The notes under the pieces were generated by a model. It saw only the letters and a program-made list of their open reading frames with translations, ran no database searches and was not told the origin of the DNA. DNA of 64,000 nt from Diplonema japonicum (taxonomy: Eukaryota > Protista > Euglenozoa: Diplonemea), in contig OZ025695.1 in the NCBI GenBank assembly GCA_964019335.1, forward strand, positions 62,001 to 126,000, read 5' to 3'. Made by a program: the position numbers and the translations under genes. Of this stretch, positions 23,272-33,893 are shown one piece after another (the first letter of the stretch is position 1; each line of letters begins with the position of its first letter).

Positions 23272-25656
23272 TCAGAATGTTGGAAAGGCGTCCTCTTGGA
23301 GCTGAGTGGGTGTTTGCTTGGGCTTGGGCTTCTTCTTCAATCTGTTGAACCACCCTTGCTTAGGAACACTGCCTGAGGTACCCTCATCCGCGGCTGTGAA
23401 GGCAGAGAACAGAGAAGCATCGTCCCTGATGGACTCCGGGCGTGTTAGGGCGGGTGTTCCCTTCAAAGAGGAGACCATGGACCCCCGCCTGCTGCCCTGC
23501 GTGGAGACGTCGAACAGCTGTTTGTCCTCATCCGCCCTGTCGCTCAGGTTGTCTGGAATGCACCGTTCTTCCTGTTCCTCCTGGTCGGCTTGCCTACTTC
23601 CTGCTAGCGGGTCGTCATACTCCTGTAGCGGGTCTTCATGTTGCCGCGAAGGACCCTCCTCTTCATCACTACTACTTTCAAACAAACCTTTCTTCGCCTT
23701 CTTCGGTTGTGCTTTACTCTGCACGGGCTGCTGCGGCATCGTCGCTGCCTGAGAACCAACAGCAAGAGGCGGTGTGTAACACGGCGGGGGGGACTCCGCT
23801 ACGCCGCATGAAACAGGGGTCTTCCTTTGCTGTTGTTGCACCACTTCCTCCATTGCTGGCTGGGTATAAGCGGGCTCCATTGGCGGGATGTCAACAGCAG
23901 GTGACGCAGACGGCGAGGGTGCCTTTGCTTCCACAGGCGTTGAGATGGGCGGTGTGTAAGAGTCATGTGTGGGTTCGGGTCGCTCCTCTGGTTGCATGGC
24001 AGCGTTGGCCATTCCCTGCCGTGCATGGTTTGATGTTGAATTACCATACCAGCTGTGCCTCTTCCCGAAGCAAGGCCTCTAAGTCCTTCTGCGGGTCGGC
24101 GGAGATGCAGCTGTGCCCGAAGGTCAGCGTGATTTCCTGGTTGGACATCAGCTGCTTGAACATTGAGTCGAACTTCGAGACAGGGTTGTAGTCCACCGCC
24201 ACTAGGAAGCTTCCCACGGGAATAATATCCTGCAAGGCGGCAGCAGGGGTGTCGGGATCAAAGCCCATTACCTGTCGGGGTCGGGTTGTCGCGGTTTATA
24301 GGGCATACCTGCAGTCCCTTCTTCTTCTCCAACCGAAGCCCGATCTTCTGTTTGGGGTTGGTCCTTTGAAGCGGGACATCCCAAGCCTTTTGGCTGTAGT
24401 TTTAAGTGAAAGCATATGGGACGGAAACATACCTATCGCGCCATCTGTTGAGGATTGCCAATGATGCCATCTGAGGGGGTGTCATGCTGCTGTGGTCGCC
24501 GGCAGAGTTCCCTGTCCGCCTTCTCAGTTTCGATATCCCGGACGAGATGCCACGTCTCAGGATATTAGACTTCGCTTGTGTGAAGTAGATAGAAGACTTT
24601 TGCGAACCGTGGGAGGAGTTCGACTTTGCGTCGTCGTCTTGCACCACTGCAGGGGACTCGGGCTCTTGTTGGGGTTCTTCTTTTTTAGGACTGTCAGGCT
24701 CAGGATCAGCCATTAGTATGTCCATGAGGTTGGTCATGCGTTGTTCTTGAAGGGTGTCCTTGACCTTGAAAGGCTGTGCTATGCTCTGGATTTGATCCAT
24801 GTCCTTGCAAGCAACGCAGGACTTAGGGAGAAGGCTCAGGATGGCCTGCTGCTTCTCAATGAGGTGGATGTCGACTTCTTGCTGTATCTCAGCAAGTCTT
24901 TTTCGTGTGGTCCTCGGCAGTGCTTCCCACCTGCTCCGGGTCATGGACATTTTGCACTCGTTGCACTTCAGCTTCAGGAAGATGGGATGTTTCATGTTAG
25001 ATTTTATTTTCCGATTGGCAGATATCAGAACAGTCTGGTGTGGTTGTTCCTCAACTGGTGCTTTGAACTCCACATTGTCCGTCTGTGTGTTCCTGTCTTC
25101 GAGAAACTTCATCCCACCTCCCATCGAGTTGTAGTGGTTCTCCAGCTCCGTGACTTGCTGTTGCAGTGATGCGATTGTCTTGTCTTTGTTCTCCATCTGT
25201 TCCTCGTAGGCTAGGGAGTCGTTTTTAGCCATCTCTGCTTGCATTGAAGCAAACTCTTGCGTTTTGTCCCAAACGTTTTTCTCGTATATGTCAAGCATGA
25301 GGCGCAGCTCTGTGATGGCATGCTGCTGCTTCTGCATGGTGGCGGCGGCCTTCTGGATCCATAGCTCTAGCTTCGTTACCTCACCTTTGGCATTCTCTTC
25401 CGACACCAGCCCGTCGCTTGCCCGCACCAAGTCATGCACCAACCTCTGCACACCATTCAACGTCACGTACATCATCCCACTCACGTCGTCCACTGTCCCC
25501 GCCGACGGACTCTTGATAGACCGCGACACAGTGGGGCGGTAATTACTGTTTTTTTTTTTTTTCTTCTTTTTTTTTTCTTTTTTTTCTTTTTTTTGGGGAG
25601 TCGGTATACCTCTCCTCATCCTCAGGGGGTACCCTCTCCTGCCATCCCTCATTCAT
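23272..25656 (-). CDS. Coiled-coil + PDZ-domain protein with disordered C-terminus, 5 exons
   Basis: Splicing rebuilds a PDZ-like KIGLRLEKKKGLQVMGFDPDTPAA..IPVGSFLVAVDYNPV..EITLTF. N-terminal coiled coil; A-rich first intron 25546-25609. Confidence 0.7.
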
Positions 25657-26044
25657 CTTTTCCCTCCAACCCCCTTTTTTTTTCCCTCCATGTTTTTCCG
25701 AAATATGCAGAAATGAAATACTGTAAAAACTAAAAATTCCCGGAAGGGAAAACCGTTCGACCTTTTCCAGACACCTGAGGGGGGCAGCTCCTTTCGTGTT
25801 GTCGACAAATAACACGGAACAAGTGGAGACAACAGCGACGGGGCGGATGTGATCCTTGCCAGCCTGGAGAGTCTTCTGGAAGAGTATCATGGTCTGGGCT
25901 TGCAAAGTGGTTGAAGATAAGGGCGCAAGGAGAGAGCTTCATCTCCTCGAGAAGCAAGGAAGTTGGGAATCCTACCGTTAGCAGTGGCAAAAAGGGGACG
26001 CAGCGAAGAAGTTGCATCTCATCGACAAGAGGGGCAAACCCGTC

Positions 26045-26157
26045 CACAACCGCACAAGATGTGTAGCAGTCCGCTCTGTGGTGGATCAACAACACGGGGT
26101 TGCAACGCACCAAACCAGCCCTGCTCCGCATTGATCATCGTCTTCGCAGTCCTCCAC
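26045..26157 (-). pseudogene. Possible frameshifted remnant of the Cys-rich secreted protein family
   Basis: VEDCEDDDQCGAGLV and, in another frame, NPVLLIHHRADCYTSCAVV match GDCDNDDQCGDGLV..DPVLLHHRADCCTTCAAV of the 55.5/60.1 kb genes. Many of the nucleotide differences are synonymous. Confidence 0.45.
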
Positions 26158-26304
26158 TCATGCATGTACAGGTCTGCATCTACTTTTTCCTTCCGGGATT
26201 GTTTGTTTACAGTACTAAAAAAAAAAAAAAAAAAAAAAAAACGAAAAGAGGAAACGAAGTAAATAAGACCGCAAATGATGACAAGGCCTGCTATCAGCAA
26301 AGGC

Positions 26305-26841
26305 CTACACACCCATCTTCCACGAAATCAAGTTGAGTGATGGATGACTGAGACGGGCAACCGCCTTGCTTGGTATAGTCGTTGTGAGGACGTAATCGGT
26401 TGGCGTCAAGGCACAGGGGGCTATGAGGTGTATGTTTAAGGGACAGGAGTCGGGGGAACGGAATTCCGCGATGTCGCAGATGAGCCGAGTGCAGTCAGGG
26501 CAGGGGATAGGGGATGTTGGATGGTACCGGTCGGAGTGTTCGGAGTACAGGGCGATGTGGTCTATGTTACAAAGATCATGGCCCTGAGCAGCAGCAGCAG
26601 CGACCGCATTGTGCTCCGCACACCCGTGGAGCATCTTCTTCCTTGAAGCAAGCTCCGGAGACAGCACCTTGAACAGCGCGTGGTTCACCCCATTAACCAC
26701 ATTACTCCCTATTACAAGGCTGCATGTCACATACGTTCTATCTATTACGCACTTCTTCCTCCCATTCACAATCAGCATCCGCAAGCCCACCATCCATTCT
26801 GGGGCCCGTTGCAACACCACGTTTCTTGCGGGGATCAGCAT
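26305..26841 (-). CDS. Cytidine deaminase-like zinc-dependent deaminase
   Basis: VIGSNV, HGCAEHNAV (CAE) and PIPCPDC (PCxxC) Zn/catalytic motifs. Possible 33-nt in-frame intron near 26722-26754. Confidence 0.75.
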   Translation of the reverse strand: MLIPARNVVLQRAPEWMVGLRMLIVNGRKKCVIDRTYVTCSLVIGSNVVNGVNHALFKVLSPELASRKKMLHGCAEHNAVAAAAAQGHDLCNIDHIALYSEHSDRYHPTSPIPCPDCTRLICDIAEFRSPDSCPLNIHLIAPCALTPTDYVLTTTIPSKAVARLSHPSLNLISWKMGV

Positions 26842-26940
26842 CGCGTGCTGTTTCTCATAGTGCTCTGTACAATGCTAGGTTAAAACTTCATCACAACAAA
26901 ACAACAAAAAACAAAACCAAAAAACTGTCGTATGGAAATA

Positions 26941-29910
26941 CTACAGCAACGTGACATGCATGCCTCGCACTGCAACTGGTGCTGTATACCCGAGGGTCCC
27001 TAGGTCACGAAGCTCGTCGTTCAAAACTGCGGAGACAAAGGTTTGATACTCCGCGACATCGAAGAGCCCGTTGCGAAGAAGCACAGCAGAGCAAGGGAGC
27101 AAAAGATACGCTTTATTGTTGTTCTTGTCGATAACCTGTTTTGGGTGTGGACAATCTTCCGGAGGGCATACCGCAGCACTGTTTTGAGTCGCTCGCGACA
27201 GGTAGTCCTGTAGCCGTGCATGAGGGACTGAGGTCTTACAAGGACCTCTGTCCTTATGCAGGTAGTATACGAAGAACTTAGCGTGCATCCTGCATGTTGT
27301 GACGTGCATATCTGTGATCATGAAGCGTTTTGCTACGCACCGCATTCTTGACACTGCAGTGTGTGCACGTGACGGCCTATCGTCAGCCGCAATGAAGACC
27401 ACCACGTAGCCAGCGTTTATGTCCTTCACGAACTCTGCAGGAGGGTAGCTGTTCAGAGTAACCACCCACTGCTGCTGTGTCACGCCGTGTAGCACTGCAT
27501 CGCATTCGCCGTCATCTTCCAACATACTTTCTTTTACTTTCTTCTCATGCTCGTCTATGCAGCTCTTCTTTATATCATGGTCTTCAGGCATCGCTGCCCA
27601 TACAGCCCACGCCTCCTCGTTTTCCCCTGCCCTCACGTGAGTTTGTTTCACCTCACCCTCCTCCCCTGTTTCGTACTTTACACGGTACATTTCTCTCTCT
27701 TTCACATGTTCCACCACAGCACCTCGCAGCCAGCCATCCCCGGCAGCTGCGTCCTCCGGTCTTCCACCGAACCAGATCTTTGCGTTCATATCGGGATACA
27801 GTGCTTCAGAAGCAGTGCCATGTTGCACTTCGATCGTTTTATAATCATATTTTCTCACGAACAACTGGAAAGGGTTCTTCAATCGGTATCTCGCGGCCTG
27901 CCGAGCGTCCCACATGCGCCCTGACGAAGCCCGCATGAAGGAATCGAGCATAGCGGGGACAGCACGGGGCATTTTGGTGTCGACCTGGACGCCTTGCCGC
28001 AAGGAGACCAGCTCATGTCCATTGAGGTTGTCCAATTCCTTGTATCTGTCGCGCAACACCTTGTCGGGCGCGGCGCAACGTATGGTGATGACATCAGTGC
28101 TGTGTAAGACAGGTGGCCGTTTCGTGAATACGACCACCAGTACAGTCTCGCAGTCGACGCGTGTCTCGTGGTACGACCACAGAGACCAGCGCTCCCGTCC
28201 GCTATATGTGCCGTTTAGCAGTGTGTTCAGACTGCTCTTTGGGTCATTTGGCTGCCCGCGGACTGTGATCTCGATGGCACCCATGTCATAAGGAAGGCTG
28301 AGGAAGGGGCCTGGGTTGCACCCTGCCAAGGCGTACGAAGAAGCTGAGATATACTCCACAGCAGAGGCAGCTGACAGGAGGTCGGGCTGCCAGTACCGTA
28401 CCACAGCACACAGGTAGCTGTTGAACCAGTCAGGGAAGTTCCGCCTCCCGCGCTGGGTCACGCTAGTGGGCTCGGTTACCCCCTCAAAAAGCTCTGTCAC
28501 TGCACTGTCGACGAACATGCTGACCGTAACATTCACAAACCCATCACACGAACTGATTTGCGGGACCTCCAGCCCTGTCCCCAGCACCACGCTTCCAGGC
28601 ACAACCGGGTGTGTCTCTAGCACCGATCGCATCTTTTTGGGAAGCACAGTTTCCAGGTCGATGGGGACGACAGGCCACCTCCTGGTCTGCTTGAGAGCCT
28701 TCAATGCTGAAACGAAGTCATTGCCACCACCCCCTACCCTCTCGAGCACCTTCAGTTGTTCATAGAGCAGTGCATATGGCTGTTTTGGTGACGACCCGCA
28801 CAGTCCAAGGAGGCCGCTATACTGAAATGCAGCTGACTCGTTTCCAACGACGGCGATGATGCCGCCTCCGGGCTTCACCCGTGAGAGGACGGGGCTTACC
28901 GAGTCGACAATGATAAGGCAGGGTATACCCGTGGCGGTCAGAAGGGTGTAGAGCTCAAGGAGTGATATGAGGTTGAGGTCGGGGGTTATGGTTGCGGTGC
29001 TGGACTCGTTGCGTCGGAGCGGTTTATAGTCGCATGGCAGACGGCCATCGGAAGGAACCAGGAGGAGGCCAAGGTCTGCATGGCGGAAGGCGATGCAGGA
29101 GATCCAGAGTACGTTGTTCTGTTCCTTGTGTGTCCCCAGCCCGTACGAGGCGACAAGCTGCAGGATGTTCGCTCGGGTGGGTTCGCTGGCGTTTGCGTCA
29201 GGCGGGGAGAGCATCCACTTATCAGCCCCATTGGTGCCCCAGTGCGACATTAACATACAAACATAATACCCAGCACGCCTCAAGAGCTCAGCAACACCTG
29301 CCATGTCATCAGTAGCCCTTGCACATCCTAAAGGCGTGAAGCACGTGGCATCTATGCACAAAGCAGTCTTCGGCCTGCTCTCCCGAAAGCAACTTCCTTT
29401 GTCTTCAAAGAATTTCTCTATCTTGTTGTGCTTGAATTTAGTTGCCCTCTCCTTCATGAGATGGCTATAAAGCCTTTTGTACAACCGTGAGATTGTATCT
29501 TGTTGCTTGGCGTTGACCGCTGCTGTGTCCGACATTTGCATCTTCTCAACCTTGTCTCTGAGTGCAGCCGCAGTTTCCATGTGCGAAGTGATCTCTGTCT
29601 CCTGTCGCAAAATCAGTAAGTTCTGTTCTAACAAACGGTCCGCGTCGAGTTTCTTCAGCCGCCTGCGCTCCTTCTCCTCGAACCATTTGGTTTCTTCCTC
29701 CTCTCTTTGCTTCACCAGCTGGTCGTGTTCTCTCACCCTTTCTTCCATTCTTTTCTTGCTCTCCCTTTGTTTAAGCGTTTCATGCTCTTCTTCCAACCCC
29801 TCATATCTCCCCATCAATGTTGCCAGTTGCTTCTCCGCATCCTCGTACTTCACTTGCCACTCCGAGACAACTGCGTCAGGCGACGAGGCCTCTCGCTTTT
29901 TGGGTGGCAT
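26941..29910 (-). CDS. Coiled-coil + degenerate caspase-fold + Tudor-like protein (989 aa)
   Basis: KTALCID..DDMAGVAELLRRAGY..EPTRANI..LLVPSDG..LIIVDSV follows the C14 pattern. GWLRGAVV..YRVKYETGE is Tudor/Agenet-like. Confidence 0.7.
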   Translation of the reverse strand: MPPKKREASSPDAVVSEWQVKYEDAEKQLATLMGRYEGLEEEHETLKQRESKKRMEERVREHDQLVKQREEEETKWFEEKERRRLKKLDADRLLEQNLLILRQETEITSHMETAAALRDKVEKMQMSDTAAVNAKQQDTISRLYKRLYSHLMKERATKFKHNKIEKFFEDKGSCFRESRPKTALCIDATCFTPLGCARATDDMAGVAELLRRAGYYVCMLMSHWGTNGADKWMLSPPDANASEPTRANILQLVASYGLGTHKEQNNVLWISCIAFRHADLGLLLVPSDGRLPCDYKPLRRNESSTATITPDLNLISLLELYTLLTATGIPCLIIVDSVSPVLSRVKPGGGIIAVVGNESAAFQYSGLLGLCGSSPKQPYALLYEQLKVLERVGGGGNDFVSALKALKQTRRWPVVPIDLETVLPKKMRSVLETHPVVPGSVVLGTGLEVPQISSCDGFVNVTVSMFVDSAVTELFEGVTEPTSVTQRGRRNFPDWFNSYLCAVVRYWQPDLLSAASAVEYISASSYALAGCNPGPFLSLPYDMGAIEITVRGQPNDPKSSLNTLLNGTYSGRERWSLWSYHETRVDCETVLVVVFTKRPPVLHSTDVITIRCAAPDKVLRDRYKELDNLNGHELVSLRQGVQVDTKMPRAVPAMLDSFMRASSGRMWDARQAARYRLKNPFQLFVRKYDYKTIEVQHGTASEALYPDMNAKIWFGGRPEDAAAGDGWLRGAVVEHVKEREMYRVKYETGEEGEVKQTHVRAGENEEAWAVWAAMPEDHDIKKSCIDEHEKKVKESMLEDDGECDAVLHGVTQQQWVVTLNSYPPAEFVKDINAGYVVVFIAADDRPSRAHTAVSRMRCVAKRFMITDMHVTTCRMHAKFFVYYLHKDRGPCKTSVPHARLQDYLSRATQNSAAVCPPEDCPHPKQVIDKNNNKAYLLLPCSAVLLRNGLFDVAEYQTFVSAVLNDELRDLGTLGYTAPVAVRGMHVTLL

Positions 29911-29998
29911 TGTGGCCTGTTGATGGTTTGATGCGTTAATAATACGGACACGGAAATATAGGGGGAAGGACAGAAAATTGCGATGCAGCAGAAGCGCA

Positions 29999-30988
29999 TC
30001 AACGGGGGCTTCTGTAAGCTGGTTGGTCCCCGCCGGTGGAAAGGTAAGCTACTAACTCATTCCATTCCTGTTTCTTTTTCACAGGATATTTTTTCTCGTA
30101 GGTTGTGATGTACTTCTCGTGCAGGGCGGCGTTGACGTCCTTCTTGTCTTGCATTGCATTCGAGGACAGACGCTGCCCGGACTCTGCAGCCACCGTCTTG
30201 TTGATACGTGGTGACGGACGTGAGAAAGCGCCTCTGGATGACCAGGTCAACGTGGCAGGTGGTGACCTGACCTCGTACCTATTGTACAGCCTGTCGTGTA
30301 TGGTGTCGTACCCATCATCTGCGTCTTCATTGGCAAGTCCTTTGTGTAGCCTACTTGCCGATCTTCTCAACCTGTGCCCTGTGAGGGGGGCAGTCTTTTC
30401 TACGGGGGGCGTGGGGTTGTATTGCTTTTCTAGCTTTGTAGACACTGCTTTGTCCCATTCTTTGCTCACGATGAACTGATGCTCCATTTTCCTGCGGGAC
30501 AAAACCCTGCCCCTTTTCTTTGGAGCGCAGTACCTGTTGAACAGCTTCTCGTGGCAGACCTGTTGATTCTTCAAGCTGTCGTCGTACAAACGTTTGACCA
30601 ATGAGCTTTGGTCCTTTTCGCTAAGCTTCTTCGAACCGCACTCCACAACGATTTCAGGGGAGTACGTTCGCATGGCACCACCGGGCTTCCATGGATTGTT
30701 TTTCAATACTTCGGCCAGCCCGCGGCTACACGACCGTGCATCGCCCTTTGTCACATACCGTACAATCGCTGCAGTTTCACTTTCCATGTGATGCTTGCCG
30801 TCTGACTTTCTTTCCTTCTTCCTTACAGCTTCAATTGGAATGCACCCGCCGAGCATGTTTCCCCGGTGGTGCGCTTCGGAATGCAGCTTCTTCCCTTGCT
30901 TAACATACTCCTCCTGCGAAGACCACGTCACCGCAGAGGGGCGTGCCCCTAACCTGAAATCCAAATCTCTTTCCTTCCTAACATTCAT
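29999..30988 (-). CDS. Basic hypothetical protein with repeated RLY/KL..RY helices (possibly cytoskeletal)
   Basis: Uninterrupted 329-aa ORF with ATG after an A-rich leader. Confidence 0.7.
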   Translation of the reverse strand: MNVRKERDLDFRLGARPSAVTWSSQEEYVKQGKKLHSEAHHRGNMLGGCIPIEAVRKKERKSDGKHHMESETAAIVRYVTKGDARSCSRGLAEVLKNNPWKPGGAMRTYSPEIVVECGSKKLSEKDQSSLVKRLYDDSLKNQQVCHEKLFNRYCAPKKRGRVLSRRKMEHQFIVSKEWDKAVSTKLEKQYNPTPPVEKTAPLTGHRLRRSASRLHKGLANEDADDGYDTIHDRLYNRYEVRSPPATLTWSSRGAFSRPSPRINKTVAAESGQRLSSNAMQDKKDVNAALHEKYITTYEKKYPVKKKQEWNELVAYLSTGGDQPAYRSPR

Positions 30989-31125
30989 TCATAAAACAAT
31001 TTCTCCCCCCCCCCCCCCACCCACACTTTTTAATGTGTTTCGACTGAGCCGTGATCGAAGAAGAATAGGTGTGTTTCTCTAAACTATCCCAACCCATCGA
31101 GCTAGCCTCTCACCCTTAGGAGGTG

Positions 31126-31797
31126 CTAGAGGTCATGGTAGTACTTTCCTTCTTTGTTCCTGATCTCCTTGTCAGCACCGTTTTGGATAAGCAAGCAGCC
31201 GATATCTCTGCGATGGGTGAAGTCACAGTGTGTGTGTGTGCGTGCATACTTGTTGTTCTCCATGGACGCGTAGTGGAGGGGTGTGTCCCCTATGCGGTCT
31301 TGGGCGTTAACGTTGCACCCTGCCGATAGCAGGACTTCGATCAGGTCGGCAGACCCTCTCAAAACGGCGCGGTGCAGAGGGGTCTGCAGGGACCCGTCAG
31401 CAAGCGTCGCAGAGGCGCCCTTTTGGAGGAGCTTCTGCACAATTTTGATATGTCCCTTCGATGCAGCCATCATGAGAGCAGTCTTGGAGTGGGACTCGGG
31501 GTACCTTTCGTCTAAATTTTTTTTTGTATTTTCAAGCAGTATGTCGACTACAGATTCCAACCCAACTGCGCACGCGCTCATCAGCGGCGTGACACCCCCC
31601 TCATCCACTGTGTCCACAGATGCTCCCTTCCCTATCAGGTAGCTTACCACCAGCTGCTGCCTCAACGTAACTGCCCAATGCAGCGGTGTCCTCTCATCAC
31701 CATCTGTTCTGTTCACATCAGCGCCTTCTTCGACAAGCTGTTCTAGTGCCTCAAGCTTCCCTTCCTTTGCGCAGCTGAACACAGTGTCGAGAGGCAT
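31126..31797 (-). CDS. PSMD10: Gankyrin/PSMD10 (Nas6)-like ankyrin protein; in-frame intron 31208-31249
   Basis: DERTPLHWA, VTPLMSAC, QTPLHRAV, GDTPLHYA, GADKEIRNKEGK. Size ~210 aa after splicing. Confidence 0.7.
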   Translation of the reverse strand: MPLDTVFSCAKEGKLEALEQLVEEGADVNRTDGDERTPLHWAVTLRQQLVVSYLIGKGASVDTVDEGGVTPLMSACAVGLESVVDILLENTKKNLDERYPESHSKTALMMAASKGHIKIVQKLLQKGASATLADGSLQTPLHRAVLRGSADLIEVLLSAGCNVNAQDRIGDTPLHYASMENNKYARTHTHCDFTHRRDIGCLLIQNGADKEIRNKEGKYYHDL

Positions 31798-32016
31798 ATT
31801 TTCTTTTTTTTCCCTTTTTAACTTTCTTCTCCCCTTCCTTTGTCGTGTGTGTCATAACCTCCTTACACAAAAGAAACAATATTTGAAGATATCTAAGCGC
31901 TGACTGGAAAGCCATCTGAAACTTGAGCTGTAAAACCTTCATGAAATGAAGAAACGAGTTTTTAGTTTGTCACGTTGGGGGGTGACCCTCCAAAGACTGA
32001 TGTGTGCAGCGTCCAG

Positions 32017-33578
32017 TTATTCTGGTAAAACGCGTGAACACGCCCTTTCCTCCTCTTCAATTGACTGAGCGATGAGGCCCTGTGCAGCTGCGGCCGTGTT
32101 TATGTTTTCCACAATAGAGTTGTAAGCATCCTCCAGCTGTGCCTCGAGGCCGCCCAGCATATTCTGCCCGGGACCCTCGTCTTCCCGGAGGTTGTTGGTC
32201 GCCACTGTCTTCTCTTCCTGTTTCTCCTCCTCCTTCACCTTCTCCTTCTCTTCCTCCTTCTTTCCTCCTCCTCCTTCTCCTCCTCTTCCACGTTGCTGTC
32301 ATACGCATTTGTAAATTCCTTGTTGTCGTCCTCGGTTTTTTCGCCTTTCAGTTCGAGTGCGGACTGCATATTTGTACTGCTTAAGGCGTCAAGTGCACTC
32401 GCGTACTCTGGAGGGGGGCCTGTTGACAGTTTAATGCCGCCAATGGCATAGCCCTTCTCTGCTATAGCCATAAGCTCCTTCAAAGGGTTCTTCTGTATCA
32501 TCCTGACCTTCCGCGATGTCATATCAGGTGGTGCTGTTGCTGGCCGCACGCGTATGCGGTCAGGGTTGTCCAGCCGCGCACTCTTTCTATCCATCACATG
32601 TATCACCGTGCCGGGTGCCGTCGAGGGCCGCCGCATGGGGTAGGTGGGGATCGTCTTTCTCATACGCGACGACCAAAAGTCGTTCCGCTTCTTGCTGCCC
32701 GCCTCCGCCTGCTTCCTTGCCTTCTCACCAGCAGGACCTCGCAGCCTGGTCCGCATTGTGCCACTGTTATGAAAGTTGTACTTGTCAAAAGGAAGAGGCA
32801 TCTGCGATGCAGAAGGCCGTGTGCTGAATACGGGAGACGGCGATCTACGTGACGTGCTCAGCGAAGAGAGTGCCTTGAGAGACCCGTCTGCATATGTAAG
32901 GGGTCCCGGTCCTGCGGACTTGTGCACCTTCATCTCGCATTTTGAGAAGGCACCCCCGACACTATTGCTCTCTACGTGTGTGTACTTTGGGTTGTAGATT
33001 GGTCCAGGAGATTCCTGGTGGACCGCCCAGTTCATGTTGCGTGACTCTTTGGAAATGACACCGCCTGCATTTCGCTTCACGGCGTCGACGATGGTGTTGG
33101 AGTCTGAGGAGTAGTACCCCGGGGCAGGCCCTGTGGTCCCCTTCAAGAGCAGGGGGTCCTTGGGGAACGCGTTACCAGCAGTAGCTAGATTGAAGTTCGC
33201 AGCATATGACTTAGGGAGAGACGCCTTCCACGCAGCCTCCGTAGTGATAGGCCCTGCAGTACCTTCCTTTTCCCTTTCCGATGACCATCCAAACCGCGGC
33301 TCCAAGCTGAACGTTGCTGAAAAGCTCTTTGGTTGCGTGAGTTGGTATGCTCGTGAATTGCTCGTGATGCACCCCTCAGGACTGCTTGGCTTCACTTTCA
33401 AGACTTGCGTGTAGTTTCGCTTTCTCCCCGACTTGAAACACATCGGTATCTTCTTCTCAACAAAAGGCTCCGGCTTGGGGGAGTAGTAGGTAGGCCCAGG
33501 GGTGAACACTACTTCCTGATGAAGAGTGGGCTTTGCAAGCTGCTCTATCCTCTCCTGCCGCTGAGCCACCCTGATCAT
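32017..33578 (-). CDS. SHIPPO/ODF3-like PGP-repeat protein, with apparent 1-nt frameshift near 32260
   Basis: TPGPTYY, GPAPGYY, SPGPIYNP and GPGPLTY repeats. The E/K-rich run continues in another frame to RVLPE*. Confidence 0.7.
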
Positions 33579-33688
33579 CTTGTGTTTTTGGCTCTTTATG
33601 CCAACTGTTTTTTCTCTTTTTTTTCTTCATTTTTCTTCTCTCCCCCAAAACATGACACTGTTTACTTAATATAATACTGAGATCCGAA

Positions 33689-33719
<31 letters not shown>

Positions 33720-33893
33720 GCTTTTTCGTATCATTTCGTCAACAGAAACACGGCACCAGTGTGCCCAGATTGGGTAAAACTATGTCAAAACAACCCTTCT
33801 TTAAAGAAACAGTAAGCTGGCAACATACAGTGTGCGGGGGGGGGGAATGGCCGTTTTTTTCACAAGAAACATAAACAAAATGGCCAATGGAAA

